This document shows, piece by piece, positions 1 to 9,800 of a DNA stretch of 55,349 nucleotides. The notes beneath the pieces were generated by a model. It searched no databases and was not told the DNA's origin. It saw nothing but the letters and a program-made list of their open reading frames with translations. The stretch spans positions 1 to 55,349 of the forward strand of contig JBNKSG010000001.1 of assembly GCA_050297195.1 (NCBI GenBank). The letters run 5' to 3'. Every line of letters starts with the position of its first letter. The first letter of the stretch is position 1. Position numbers and translations under genes: made by a program. The stretch comes from Opitutaceae bacterium. Its GTDB lineage: Bacteria > Verrucomicrobiota > Verrucomicrobiia > Opitutales > Opitutaceae.

Positions 1-447
1 GCCACAAAGGCCTCCGAACTCAAAAGCAAAAGAGACGGCTACGAGGGCGAAAGAGACAAACTCAACAAGCTAACCGAAGAAGGTTCACCGGAGCGAGAGT
101 CCCTAAAGCAACTCTGCGAAAGTGAAGGTTTCGCAAACCTATCCGAAGAAGAGCAAATTGAAGCCGCTAAATCCAACCTTGGGAGCCAAATTGACATTCA
201 GGCCTCCCAGCAAATATCCGAAGGTGATGCAGATCTAGAGTCCCTCTACCTGGATATACTTGAGGAAACCGACAGCAGCAGGTCATCTCACGCTAACGAG
301 GTTGCAAGCACTTCAATTAAAGCCGAGGCAATTTCCAAAACTTTCAACGCAACCGCATCTCCCGAAATCGCAGGAATGGATCGTCAAAATCAAAACGGAT
401 TGGAAGTCGCCAGAACGGCAATCAAGCTACCTGAACCGATAGTCTAG
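1..447 (+). CDS. Hypothetical protein, 3' part only (acidic, helical; ATKASELKSKRDGY...AIKLPEPIV*)
   Basis: Frame +1 is open from base 1 to TAG at 445-447. Absent from the ORF track because the start is upstream. Its stop shares the CTAG palindrome with the convergent gene's stop. Confidence 0.65.
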   Translation, partial: ATKASELKSKRDGYEGERDKLNKLTEEGSPERESLKQLCESEGFANLSEEEQIEAAKSNLGSQIDIQASQQISEGDADLESLYLDILEETDSSRSSHANEVASTSIKAEAISKTFNATASPEIAGMDRQNQNGLEVARTAIKLPEPIV

Positions 448-1028
448 TCGATCATTGCCACAGGCACCGAAGGCTTGGCTTCTTGCTCTGCCTGTCGTTT
501 CAGCTCAAGTTCCCTATCGATCTCAAAGCTCTCGTGGTAAAGCTCTGCCGCTGTCTCAGCTACAACTCTAGTCAGCCCGCCATGCCCAGAATGGAGCTTC
601 TGATAGGTGCACACTTCAACCCCACGAACATAGACCTTAAGACTGCTATGCGGCTCATCTGCGGTGGTCGCCATAACCTTAAAAAATGGAAGCCCCTCAC
701 CAATCAAGCGACGAGCAGCATCCTTGATTTCCTTAAGATCGTTATCCTGATCCTCAGGCAAGTGATTGGCATCCTGATACAGAAGAACGATGGAATTTGC
801 ACGTGCGGAAGCGATCTCCGCCAGCCCTTGGATTTTGTTCAATGGAAAGTTATTCGCCCTGACATCCCTGAACGGGACATCGATTTCTGATAGGTTCATC
901 GACGCAGTCTTGAACTGCGACCCTGTGCCGGAATCCTCCGGTGCCGCATTCGCAGGTGTAGCGGCAAAGGCAACGCCTAGTCCGGCGATGCCTGCGATTG
1001 CGGCCTTAAATTTACTACCGATAGACAT
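444..1028 (-). CDS. Secreted hypothetical protein (194 aa)
   Basis: Restarted at MSIGSKFKAAIAGIAGLGVAFAATPANA (Sec signal with ANA cleavage motif). GGGAG RBS upstream of ATG at 1028. Confidence 0.65.
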   Translation of the reverse strand: MSIGSKFKAAIAGIAGLGVAFAATPANAAPEDSGTGSQFKTASMNLSEIDVPFRDVRANNFPLNKIQGLAEIASARANSIVLLYQDANHLPEDQDNDLKEIKDAARRLIGEGLPFFKVMATTADEPHSSLKVYVRGVEVCTYQKLHSGHGGLTRVVAETAAELYHESFEIDRELELKRQAEQEAKPSVPVAMID

Positions 1029-1257
1029 CTGGCGAAACTCCCTTCTATGTTCGGTTTCGCACGCCTCATTACCTGTTTGCTTTTGTTTCTTCTTATCGTT
1101 GAGAAACTTATAGCAAATTATAACACGATTTGCAATTGATCTTCCATAACCTCGCCTCTTTTCGCCAACAGGCTGCCCGCCCGTTACGGCAAGAACACAC
1201 CCTTCCCTAACCTCCTCACCTCCAATGCTTTGCTTTAGATTTTTCTTCATGATAGCC

Positions 1258-1284
1258 TGACACAGAATTCCCGATTCTGTGTCA
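1258..1284. promoter_or_regulatory. Perfect inverted repeat TGACACAGAAT-N5-ATTCTGTGTCA; probable recombinase binding/crossover site
   Basis: 11-bp perfect arms (or 10-bp arms with a 7-bp spacer), directly upstream of the small tyrosine recombinase. Confidence 0.6.
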
Positions 1285-1302
1285 AAGAGGCCAAGGGGGT
1301 GG

Positions 1303-1863
1303 ATGGGGGTGCTCGATGAACATGGACAGCGAAAGTATCTCAATTGGCCGGAAAGGACTGCGTTCCGGTCAACCTGTGACGAGCTTGAAGGGCTTGGGGG
1401 TTCGTTTTGCCTAACGCTCCTCTACACCGGATGCCGCATATCCGAAGCGTTGGCGCTCAAGCCCTCCAGCATTGATGCTAGCCAGAAAACCGTAGTTTTT
1501 GAGACGCTGAAGCGTCGAAAACGTGGCGTTTTTCGAACCGTGCCCATTCCCGGTTTTCTTATCGACGAACTCCGTCAGATTGCCGAAATGCGAGGTCCAG
1601 ATGAACGCCTCTGGCCTTTCTCCCGCTCAACGGCGTACAGGATTGTAGTTGAGCGAATGCGAAAGGCAGGGCTCTCCGGCAGCAAAGCATGCCCGAAGGG
1701 GCTGAGGCACAGTTTCGGTATTGCCATGGCCTCAAAGGGCGTACCGATCACCATGGTCAAAAAATGGCTTGGACACGCCAACCTCGAAACCACTGAAATC
1801 TACCTTGATTTCGTTGGCGAAGATGAGCGTGACCAAGCGAGAAAGATCTGGGACGAAAGCTAA
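1303..1863 (+). CDS. Small tyrosine recombinase (catalytic domain only; resolvase/invertase-like)
   Basis: TGCRISE (R), TLKRR (K), KGLRHSF, WLGHA and TTEIY (Y) motifs. No arm-binding or SAM-like N-terminus. ATG 1303 preferred because GTG 1279 lies inside the inverted repeat. Confidence 0.9.
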   Translation: MGVLDEHGQRKYLNWPERTAFRSTCDELEGLGGSFCLTLLYTGCRISEALALKPSSIDASQKTVVFETLKRRKRGVFRTVPIPGFLIDELRQIAEMRGPDERLWPFSRSTAYRIVVERMRKAGLSGSKACPKGLRHSFGIAMASKGVPITMVKKWLGHANLETTEIYLDFVGEDERDQARKIWDES

Positions 1864-2056
1864 AAAAGGTTGAGCTTGGGGTCGGTTAACCCTTTGATCT
1901 ACAACGTGAACCAAAATCGGGAATTTTGTTTCAAAGCAAGCACAACGTTAAGGTGTGCTTAACACTTTACATATACTATAGGTTATATGAAGTGGGGTTA
2001 TACCCCTTACGTAAATTGTATCTTTTATTTTGATACACCATTGCGAAGGGAAATTA

Positions 2057-2428
2057 ATGCTAGAAGATTTCGAGGAGCTTAGTCGGGACGAACTCATTAT
2101 CGTAGCCGGACAGCTCAAACGACGCCTGAACGATCTTTCGGATCGAATGATCAACAAGCACCAGGTCGCTCAAAAAGCTGGAATGAGCGTCTCTTGGCTC
2201 GATAACAGCCGATCCAGCAAAGCACGAAGACTCAGGGATGCAGGCATCCGGTACGGCAAAAGTCGTACATCGGCTGTACGCTATCCACTTTCCGAAGTAA
2301 CCAAAATCTGCAGGCAGTGTGAGGATTCGCTCTCTGCTAAGTTTTCTGCCGTAGCTGATCCAGCCGATCAGCCCACCACTGCAGCATCTCCCGTCTCTCG
2401 TCGAGGTATTGAGCTCGATTGTAGCTAG
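2057..2428 (+). CDS. Excisionase/AlpA-like winged-HTH protein
   Basis: MINKHQVAQKAGMSVSWL...RYG...AVRYPLSEV pattern typical of xis-like proteins. GAAGG RBS. Adjacent to the P4-like integrase. Confidence 0.6.
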   Translation: MLEDFEELSRDELIIVAGQLKRRLNDLSDRMINKHQVAQKAGMSVSWLDNSRSSKARRLRDAGIRYGKSRTSAVRYPLSEVTKICRQCEDSLSAKFSAVADPADQPTTAASPVSRRGIELDCS

Positions 2429-3524
2429 CCCTAACCGAATTACCCTCGACATGGGCGAGCTGACGCTCGATCACGTCAGGCCGGAACAAGCCGCTTTCAT
2501 TCAAAATGGTTGATGCGGAGGACCTGAAACCATGTACCGTCGTCCTCCCCTTGTAACCGAGGCGGTAGAGACAGTAGAGCATCGAATTCTCGCTCATCAT
2601 CCTCTTCCTGCTCCGCGAATTCGGAAATACGTATTCAAATTCTAAATTCGACTTTTCTCGAATCCCAGCAAGCAGGTCCAAAGCCTGAAGCGACAGAGGA
2701 ACGATGTGCTCCCTCCTCATTTTCATGCGCTCGGCTGGTATGCGCCACTCCGCCTTGTCGAAATCAACTTCCGACCACTTGCATCCCCTTATTTCAGTGG
2801 TACGGACCATTGTTAGGATCAGTAGCTTTAAGGCAGAAACACTCTGCACATCACCCTTATCATCATCCAAGGCCCTTAGGAAATCTGGCAATTCACTCTC
2901 AGATAAATAGGCGTTGTGACTGACTTTTCTCGTCTTGAGAGCTCCCTTGAGATCCGCAGCGACATCGCGTTCGGCGCGCCCCGTCGCTATTCCGTAGCGG
3001 AAGACAAAACCAGCATAGCTTCTGGCGTCACTGGCAGCGTCCAGAGCCCCTCTTTCCTCGATCTTTCGCAACGCAGCAAGCAGCATCAATGGTGTTACGT
3101 CCGCTAGCGGATAATTTCCGAGAAAGGGCAGCAAATCCCTATCGAAAATGCTCCTGACCTTCTTCGCCGTCACGCCAGACCACTCCTCCGACTTCTTCTC
3201 GTGCCATTCGAGGAACACCGATTTGAAGGTCACGTCGCCCGAGGCTTCCCTTTCGAGCTTTTCGACCTGTTTCCTCTTCGAAGGGTCCACACCCTCCGAG
3301 AGGAGGATCCTAGCCTCCCTACGGCGTTCCCTAGCGAGCTTTAACGAAACTTCGGGATACACGCCAAGCGCAAGAGTCTTGGACTTCCCTCCGAACCTGT
3401 AGTTCATTCTCCAATACTTTCTTCCGCTTTTCTTGACGAGAAGGTACATCCCCTCCCCGTCAGTTAGCTTGTAATCCTTTTCCCTAGATTTAGCTGACCT
3501 GCAGCCCGAATCAGAAAGCAACAT
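2337..3524 (-). CDS. intA: P4-like tyrosine integrase with arm DNA-binding domain
   Basis: YKLTDGEGMYLLV..SGRKYWRMNYRF..LALGVYPEVSL arm domain. VRTTE, MKMRREH, HGFR, LAH and YNRA catalytic motifs. Start set at MLLSDSG. Confidence 0.95.
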   Translation of the reverse strand: MLLSDSGCRSAKSREKDYKLTDGEGMYLLVKKSGRKYWRMNYRFGGKSKTLALGVYPEVSLKLARERRREARILLSEGVDPSKRKQVEKLEREASGDVTFKSVFLEWHEKKSEEWSGVTAKKVRSIFDRDLLPFLGNYPLADVTPLMLLAALRKIEERGALDAASDARSYAGFVFRYGIATGRAERDVAADLKGALKTRKVSHNAYLSESELPDFLRALDDDKGDVQSVSALKLLILTMVRTTEIRGCKWSEVDFDKAEWRIPAERMKMRREHIVPLSLQALDLLAGIREKSNLEFEYVFPNSRSRKRMMSENSMLYCLYRLGYKGRTTVHGFRSSASTILNESGLFRPDVIERQLAHVEGNSVRASYNRAQYLDERREMLQWWADRLDQLRQKT

Positions 3525-3549
3525 CCAATCACTCCACTTTACAAATACA

Positions 3550-3803
3550 GTACCTCCAATTGTACCCTCGTTTTCAATACGTGTAAAGAGAAGCAAATAT
3601 ACGACTTTATAAAAGCCCACGCCCTGAAAGGCAACAACGCCAACAGGCGCAGCCCAATCGCATAGATAAGCATATAAGGGTTTAGAAGAGGAATTATGGT
3701 AAAGTGGCGATCCCGGCACGAGAGACCAATGGAAGCTAAGTGCTTAAAACAATTGGATACATGCCAGCCAGAACTGGCTTGATACCCTCAAAAGTACCCT
3801 CAA
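3550..3803. other. attP-like site: tRNA 3'-end core (3705-3721) flanked on both sides by paired arm-type direct repeats
   Basis: Minus strand 3721-3705 reads TCGTGCCGGGATCGCCA (T-stem half + acceptor half + G + CCA; tRNA-Arg-like). Arm pairs GTACCTCC/GTACCCTC (3550, 3562) and ATACCCTC/GTACCCTC (3782, 3794), both 12-bp spaced and in the same orientation. Confidence 0.7.
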
Positions 3804-3964
3804 GAATTCTGGAGCTAGCGCGCACCTATGCGGCAAATCGTCTTCTAGATTCTTCTATTCTACAACATGAGGCGAAAATAGAAAAGAAAGCGTCCTACGT
3901 CCCTGAAATATCTCACAAAAACGCAATCCTTTGCGTTACTATGGAAAATGCAGGGTCTGCGGGA

Positions 3965-4042
3965 TAGCGAGTTGTGTTTTTGTAACCAAAAACTCGCTAC
4001 GCTTGCTCGCTAAGGGGGCTGAGCGCCCCCGTTAGATCCCCG
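3965..4042. other. Putative oriT region
   Basis: Nested inverted repeat TAGCGAGT..TTTTTG..CAAAAA.CTCGCTA (3965-3999) plus a GGGGGC-TGAGC-GCCCCC hairpin immediately upstream of mobC-relaxase. Confidence 0.55.
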
Positions 4043-4106
4043 CATTTAAACCGAAAAGGGTCGGTTTTATCCACCCTAGGTTCCGTTTAACAGCAAAGGA
4101 GCTTTC

Positions 4107-4454
4107 ATGTCACGACCACGAAAAACGGAAGCGGAGAAACTGTCCAAGCAGATCGTTTTCCGCGTAAAGGGAGAAGTCTACGAGCGGCTGCAGGCCCAGG
4201 CAAGCCTAGCCGGCCTGAGCGCGAACCAGCTGGCCCGAAACCTCACCTGCCAGCAATCCGGCGAACTGAAAATCAAAGCCTACAAGAAAATCGATCCAAT
4301 ATTCGTCAAGCAGTTGGAAAAGCTCGCGATCAACGTAAACCAGCTCGCCAAAAATTCGCACATATTCAAGCGAGTGACTCCCGACCTCGACAGCTTGTCC
4401 CGAAGGATCGAGAGCATCATCGACCAAGCGGTGGAAGACGAGGTCGGGAAATGA
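4107..4454 (+). CDS. mobC: Plasmid mobilization relaxosome protein MobC (RHH)
   Basis: IVFRV...YERLQAQA..AGLS RHH motif and LAINVNQLAK MobC motif. AAGGAG RBS. ATGA overlap with the relaxase. Confidence 0.85.
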   Translation: MSRPRKTEAEKLSKQIVFRVKGEVYERLQAQASLAGLSANQLARNLTCQQSGELKIKAYKKIDPIFVKQLEKLAINVNQLAKNSHIFKRVTPDLDSLSRRIESIIDQAVEDEVGK

Positions 4455-5779
4455 TCATCAGCCTTTCGCAAAAGGGGCTGAGTTTCAAGGGAGCCTACCT
4501 CTATCTGATGCACGACGTTAAGGCATCCACAAGGGAGCGGGTCGACTGGACCCAAACCGAGAACATGCTCACTCAAGACCCGGACAAGTCGTGGAAGGTG
4601 ATGGCCTACACCGCATTGAACCAAGACCGCCTCAAGGAGGCCTCCGGCATGAGCAGGGCGGGCCGCAAAACCGAGCGGCCTGCCCTCACCTTCAGCCTCG
4701 CATGGCACCCGGAGCAAAGTCCTGACCGCGACGAGATGCTGGCGACCGCGAGAAGAGCGATTGACGCCATCGGGCTATCCGAGCACGAAGCGCTGCTTGT
4801 GGCCCATCGGGACACCCCGCACAAGCACGTGCACGTATTGATCAACAGGATACACCCGACAACAGGACGAGCGGCGACCCTTTCGCACTCGAAACGGAAG
4901 CTGTCCGCCCTTTCCCACCAGCTGGAGCTGGAAGGCGGAAAAGTCTATTGCCAACAAAGGAAGGACAACCTCGAGATGCAAAAGGAAGGAATATCGACAA
5001 GGTATCGCGATCCTGCGATCCAGAATGCCTGGAACCTTTCCAACAACGGGGAGGAGTTCATGGACGAACTCGCAAGCAAGCACTACCAGCTTGCCCGAGG
5101 CGAGAAGCGGTTGCTTGTAGTCGATCCATACGGAAAAATCGTCAATCCCATCAGGCACATCGAAGGCGTTAGAACCAAGGAATTCAGGGAAAAGCTCACG
5201 GACATCAAAACGTCCGGACTACGCGAAGTGGACGAGCTGGCAAAGGAAGTCAGGGAGCACGCGGAATCGCAGTCCGAGCAAGGCAAGCACTACAAGAAGG
5301 AGGCAAGCAAAGCCCTCAACAACATGCAGACGCGACATTACGACGAATACGGAGAACTTTCCGGCAAGCTCCAGAGACGCATTATTCAGGAAAAGGAGAA
5401 GATGGCGGACTTCTACAAACTGGAGAAGTCAGAGGAGACGGTTCGCGATCTCGAAAGGAAGTGCGAAAAGCCTCGCTGGTGGCGCCGGGTAACCGGCCTT
5501 GCCCACAGGGACCGCAGGCGACTGCAGGCATCGAAGCTGAACTTGGCCAACGGAAAGCAACGCTACATGGAGAGAATATCCACCATCGAAAACGAGGCGC
5601 AGGACGAAATAGCGGACCTGAGAGCCAAACAGGACAAGGAACGCGCAGAGTTGCTGGAACAGATAGCCGAACAAAAGCCCCTCCGTCAGGCGCCTCCAAT
5701 CGAGATACGGAAAGACAACGTCCTAGTCCGAGACTTCTCCGAAAACCGGAGACGGGCAGCGCCCCGACCTAGCATGTAA
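4451..5779 (+). CDS. MOBP-family relaxase (VirD2-like) with coiled-coil C-terminus
   Basis: FKGAYLYL (catalytic Tyr), FSLAWHP and AHRDTPHKHVHVLINR (HUH) motifs. Basic C-terminal tail RRRAAPRPSM. Confidence 0.92.
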   Translation: MIISLSQKGLSFKGAYLYLMHDVKASTRERVDWTQTENMLTQDPDKSWKVMAYTALNQDRLKEASGMSRAGRKTERPALTFSLAWHPEQSPDRDEMLATARRAIDAIGLSEHEALLVAHRDTPHKHVHVLINRIHPTTGRAATLSHSKRKLSALSHQLELEGGKVYCQQRKDNLEMQKEGISTRYRDPAIQNAWNLSNNGEEFMDELASKHYQLARGEKRLLVVDPYGKIVNPIRHIEGVRTKEFREKLTDIKTSGLREVDELAKEVREHAESQSEQGKHYKKEASKALNNMQTRHYDEYGELSGKLQRRIIQEKEKMADFYKLEKSEETVRDLERKCEKPRWWRRVTGLAHRDRRRLQASKLNLANGKQRYMERISTIENEAQDEIADLRAKQDKERAELLEQIAEQKPLRQAPPIEIRKDNVLVRDFSENRRRAAPRPSM

Positions 5780-5891
5780 AGGCGACCGAACGAGCCTATG
5801 CATGCAAGATCAGGATTTGACTCAGCGGTGTTTTATCAAACTCGCATTGGATTATGCTTTAGACGACCAGCAAGGCATGTAAGTAGCCTAG

Positions 5892-6031
5892 GCTGGCCGA
5901 CTAGACTGCAGCAGCCGTGACAGACTTTATTGGCAGCAGGGGGGCAGCGAAGAGCACCCGGCAACGAGCGAGCCAGTGGTACGTCGCAAAATTTAAGCAC
6001 AAGTTGAGTATCCAGATAGTGGATTAATCAG
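5892..6031. repeat. Copy A of a ~140-bp non-coding repeat ending in CACAAGTTGAGTATCCAGATAGTGGATTAATCAG
   Basis: Aligns by eye with 31766-31894. 6000-6025 is 25/26 identical to 31951-31976. Confidence 0.75.
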
Positions 6032-6159
6032 TGAATTGACTTTCGACTATTTACCCATTCTGGCTGTCTCGATAACGCCTAAGAAGCCGAAGATGAAAGA
6101 GCCGCTGGGATACTCCAAAATCAGATCTCTGCTCCAACTCACACTCCAAAGAAACCAAA

Positions 6160-6261
6160 CCTAAACGGTCAGGTGCGCGAACCAGAAGCGGCTCGCAGCG
6201 TAAAATTCCAAAATACGAGAACAGTTGGCATATCGTCCGCTGACTGGCCTGCTTGGTTCAC
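6160..6261 (-). other. Degenerate attC-like sequence
   Basis: Minus strand GTGAACCAAGCAGG ... GCGCACCTGACCGTTTAGG: AAC/GTT ends and AGG/CCT pairing, but the inner arms pair poorly. Confidence 0.3.
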
Positions 6262-6366
6262 TTTTCAATAGTTTGACAAACCCAAACGAATATTTATTAT
6301 AACATGGTTCGTTAACTAGAAGTACCTTTTAGGTTAGTTAACAACTTCAACATATTCTTAGCTTAG

Positions 6367-6780
6367 CTAAGGAAGGGAAATCAGATCTAGAACGTCCTTT
6401 ATGCTAGAAGCACTTCTTATTTGGTTTTTAAGGTCATAAAAATCCAGACGACTTTGCCAGCCATGAAATGATTGGAGGTCGCTCAAAACGACATCCTTAA
6501 CATCCTCTAAAGTCCACTTCCTGAAATCTCTTCTAAACTCTAAATTTACCCTAATACGCCTATTCAGAAATATATTAAACCCAAAAAACAATCCGATCCC
6601 ACCTATCACCTTAGCCTTCACTACCGTGTGCTGAGTGCCACTCGAATCAACAACAACCATTTGATCAAAAAGCCCTCCTTTCACAGCCGAACTGGTTGTG
6701 TCCGTCAATGCGTCAAGACTTCTCGATGCAAATATCATATTCTTATATTTGCAAAGAACCGGAAAACTAACCTCATCCAT
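6367..6780 (-). CDS. Putative immunity protein for RHS toxin 1
   Basis: Small low-GC ORF directly downstream of the RHS C-terminus. Start is ATG 6780 or GTG 6810. Confidence 0.75.
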   Translation of the reverse strand: MDEVSFPVLCKYKNMIFASRSLDALTDTTSSAVKGGLFDQMVVVDSSGTQHTVVKAKVIGGIGLFFGFNIFLNRRIRVNLEFRRDFRKWTLEDVKDVVLSDLQSFHGWQSRLDFYDLKNQIRSASSIKDVLDLISLP

Positions 6781-6802
6781 GTTTATATATATTCCATCAA
6801 AT

Positions 6803-9800
6803 TCATTCACTAACCGTTTCAACCAACCTACCACCGTAAGACATTTCAACATACCGTATCCAATCTGGGGTTCCATACCACCACCTTTCAGCAGGATTCA
6901 AACCTGGAAGTTTACCTTCAATCATCTTGTGCCATTGATCCATACTATAACCCGGCTTGGGATTCAAAGGCTTAAGATTCCAAGGTTGGTTGAACAACGA
7001 CTCCCATTGCGTGCCTCTGTAGCTAGCTTGCTCCACTACACCGTGGTGAACGTGCTGGTACTTGTCAGCATACCCCCTCTTCCCAAGCCATTTTCGAGTA
7101 GCCCCCCACGAGTGCGATCCAAACTTCCAGAGCCCCTTACTAGCCATTGTCGCGATGCTTTTGACTAGAAACACGTCAGAAACAGCCATTGCAGTCTGAA
7201 AAGAACCCTGAAACCAACGTCCATTTTGAAAATGGTTGATTGCCGACCTAGCAGAACCCCAAATAGGGATTAGGCTTTCAAGCGAACCGGGCTCACCGAC
7301 ACTCCTCCCTTCGGGCATAATCAAAGCATCTAGGTCCTCGATTGTAGGCCCATTCAATAATTTGATAGGTCTATCAAGTAAATCCCCTGCAACCTGTATG
7401 ATATTACTGTAATATACCCCGTTGTAAACAATTCCACGCTCAACCAAAACAGGTTGCCTATCCCCATTAGACCGTTGGCCTCCTTCAGATCCTTCACTGC
7501 CAATCCTCGCATAACCCATATCATTGGCGAAATCAACCAAACCATTAACCTCGGCGTTACTTAAACCACTGATTCGCCCACCGTCGGGAACCCCGGATCC
7601 ATCGTAAAACTGAACCCAACCAACTGGATCTCGAAAGGATGCTTCACCCCATATACCATCTTGGCCTTTGTTTCCGTAATCTCTTGTTTCCTGCCAATTC
7701 CAACCACCGCCGCCATTCTCGGCATAGAACTCCGCCAGCCTTTTATTCGCTTCACTCATACCCTCTGTCAATCCAAGTATATCGGAGGAATTCACTGGAT
7801 CGTTATCGACGAAGCGATACAGGTTGAGACCTCCGGCCTCGCCTATCGGGTCTCGCGTGATGAAACGGCCCTTGGCGGGGTCGTAGAAGCGGAAGCCGTA
7901 GTAGGAGAGGTTCGACTCGCGGTCGGTGTACTGGCCGGAGAATCCGATCGGGTTCTCGGAACCGTAGGAGCCGCCCACCTGAACGAGGTTGCCGAACGCG
8001 TCGTACTCGTACCAAGCAGCGAACGCGCCGGAGCTGTTAAGCAGGCCGACGAGGTTGCCGCTATGGTCATGGGTCGCGTAGTACACGCCGACGCCCGTTC
8101 CAGCGGTGTCTTCAACCATCAGCAGACCCATCGCCCCTCCTGCCCCTCCGACTGAGCTCGACTTGTCGGGTCCCCAATAGTAGCTTCGCTCTCGAGTTCC
8201 CGAGCCGCTGAGCTCAGCGATCAGCGTCATGCCGTCGTAGACGAACTTCCTGTTGGTCACTATCGTCGAAGTGCTCGAAGTGCCGCTGCGGGTTATCTTC
8301 TGCACTCGGCGCCCCATGTAGTCGTAGGTAAACTCCATGCGCCGGACCGATCCGGACGAGCGGGTCATCAATTTCACCCGGTCATTGGCGTCGTAAGCGT
8401 AGGTCCACTCTCCGTCGCCAGTCATATTGCCGTCCTCGTCGTAGAGGTAGTCGCTGACGCTGCTGTAAATGTACGGGTCGCACACTGTCGGGCTCGGATT
8501 CTGGTTGCAGTCTTGGTAGTCGTAATTCGGATTGGGAATTTGCTGACTAACCATATGCAGCATCTCGTTGTGAACGCTGGCCTTGAAGGTCAGGCTTCCA
8601 TTAATGTCCACCGACGAGGAACGATTGCCAGCCAGATCGTATGCATAGGTGCTCTCAACACCAGCTGTCCGATCGGTGTTGTAAGAGAGCAACTGGCCCA
8701 CCTTGTCGTACGTGTAGGTCATCGTGATGTCCGAAGTCTTGCCGTACTTGGCGGCGAGCGAATTGCCGTCCACGTACTTCAGCTTCACCCTGTCGATCTG
8801 CCCCATCCACGAGAGATCGATATCCTGGAACTGAGCGCGGCCCGCAGCGCCCCATAGCGAGCTTACAGACTTCACACCTCCAGACCACGCGTCGTAGGTC
8901 CGAGTTTGGTGGTAGGAGCCGTAGTCGATCGCCGAGACTCTTCCTCCGGAATAGCTGACGGCGAACTGGTACGGGCTCGTCGAACTCACCGCATTCACCT
9001 TGTCGATTCTGCCGGTGGTCGCGGAGTATCCAAACCCCCAATACTTACCATCGTACGTAAGGCCTTTATAGCGCCCCTCCAGAGAGCTGCCACCGCTGGC
9101 TTCGTAGCTGTAGGCGATATCGCGGCCACTGCCATAGAAAAGGTTATTCAGGTCCTCCAGACTCACTGAAAGCCCGTTGTTTCCGCTGTAAGTTATCGAG
9201 CGCTGACCCGTGGCGTCGGTCACCTTCTTCAGCCGCCCCATGCGATCATACTCGTCGTAGGTGACGTCCGTGGTCGAGTCGCTGTGATCGTCCTTCGTGA
9301 GGTCTCCAGTCGACGAGGAGTAGGTGTAAGTCGTGTACACGCCCCGGTCGTGGTCCCTTCGGCTCGTGCGGTTCATGTCGTCGAACTGATACTCTACATT
9401 ATCGTAGAGTCCGCCCCCATTGTAGCTTCGGCGTTTTACTAGAAGGCGAGTCTCGCTGTCGTACTCGTATCGCATCATACTGTCCTTCGTAGAGTTCTGC
9501 TCCTGGTAGGTCTCGAGCAGAGCCCCATAGCTATCGTAGACATGATTGACCGGATACATGCCGTCGCCCCAAGTCGAAGTCAGGTTGCCGAGACCGTCGT
9601 AGTCGTAGTACACATTCTCGGTCAACAGGCTTCCGCCAAAGTGCGTGTTCCGTCGCTGAACGTTGCTCAGGCGACCCTGCGTGTAGGTGTAGATGGCGAG
9701 ATTGCGTTTCGCGGTAGCGCTCGTGTATTCGTGGTCCTTGAAGAGGCGATCAGTGCCTGAGTAATACTCGTATTCTCGCTTCTGGCTGTCAGGCCCGGTT

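Noticed and set aside
1029-1343. N-terminal extension of ORF 444-1343
   Set aside because: Crosses the recombinase start and its inverted repeat. The signal peptide and RBS point to ATG 1028.
3525-3967. Integrase extension to 3719 and the 75-aa ORF 3740-3967
   Set aside because: Both run over the att arms and core. Better explained as non-coding recombination DNA.
5975-5990. GTGGTACGTCGC considered as the left tRNA-Glu att copy
   Set aside because: Only TGGTAC matches. It lies within the RHS-linked repeat instead.
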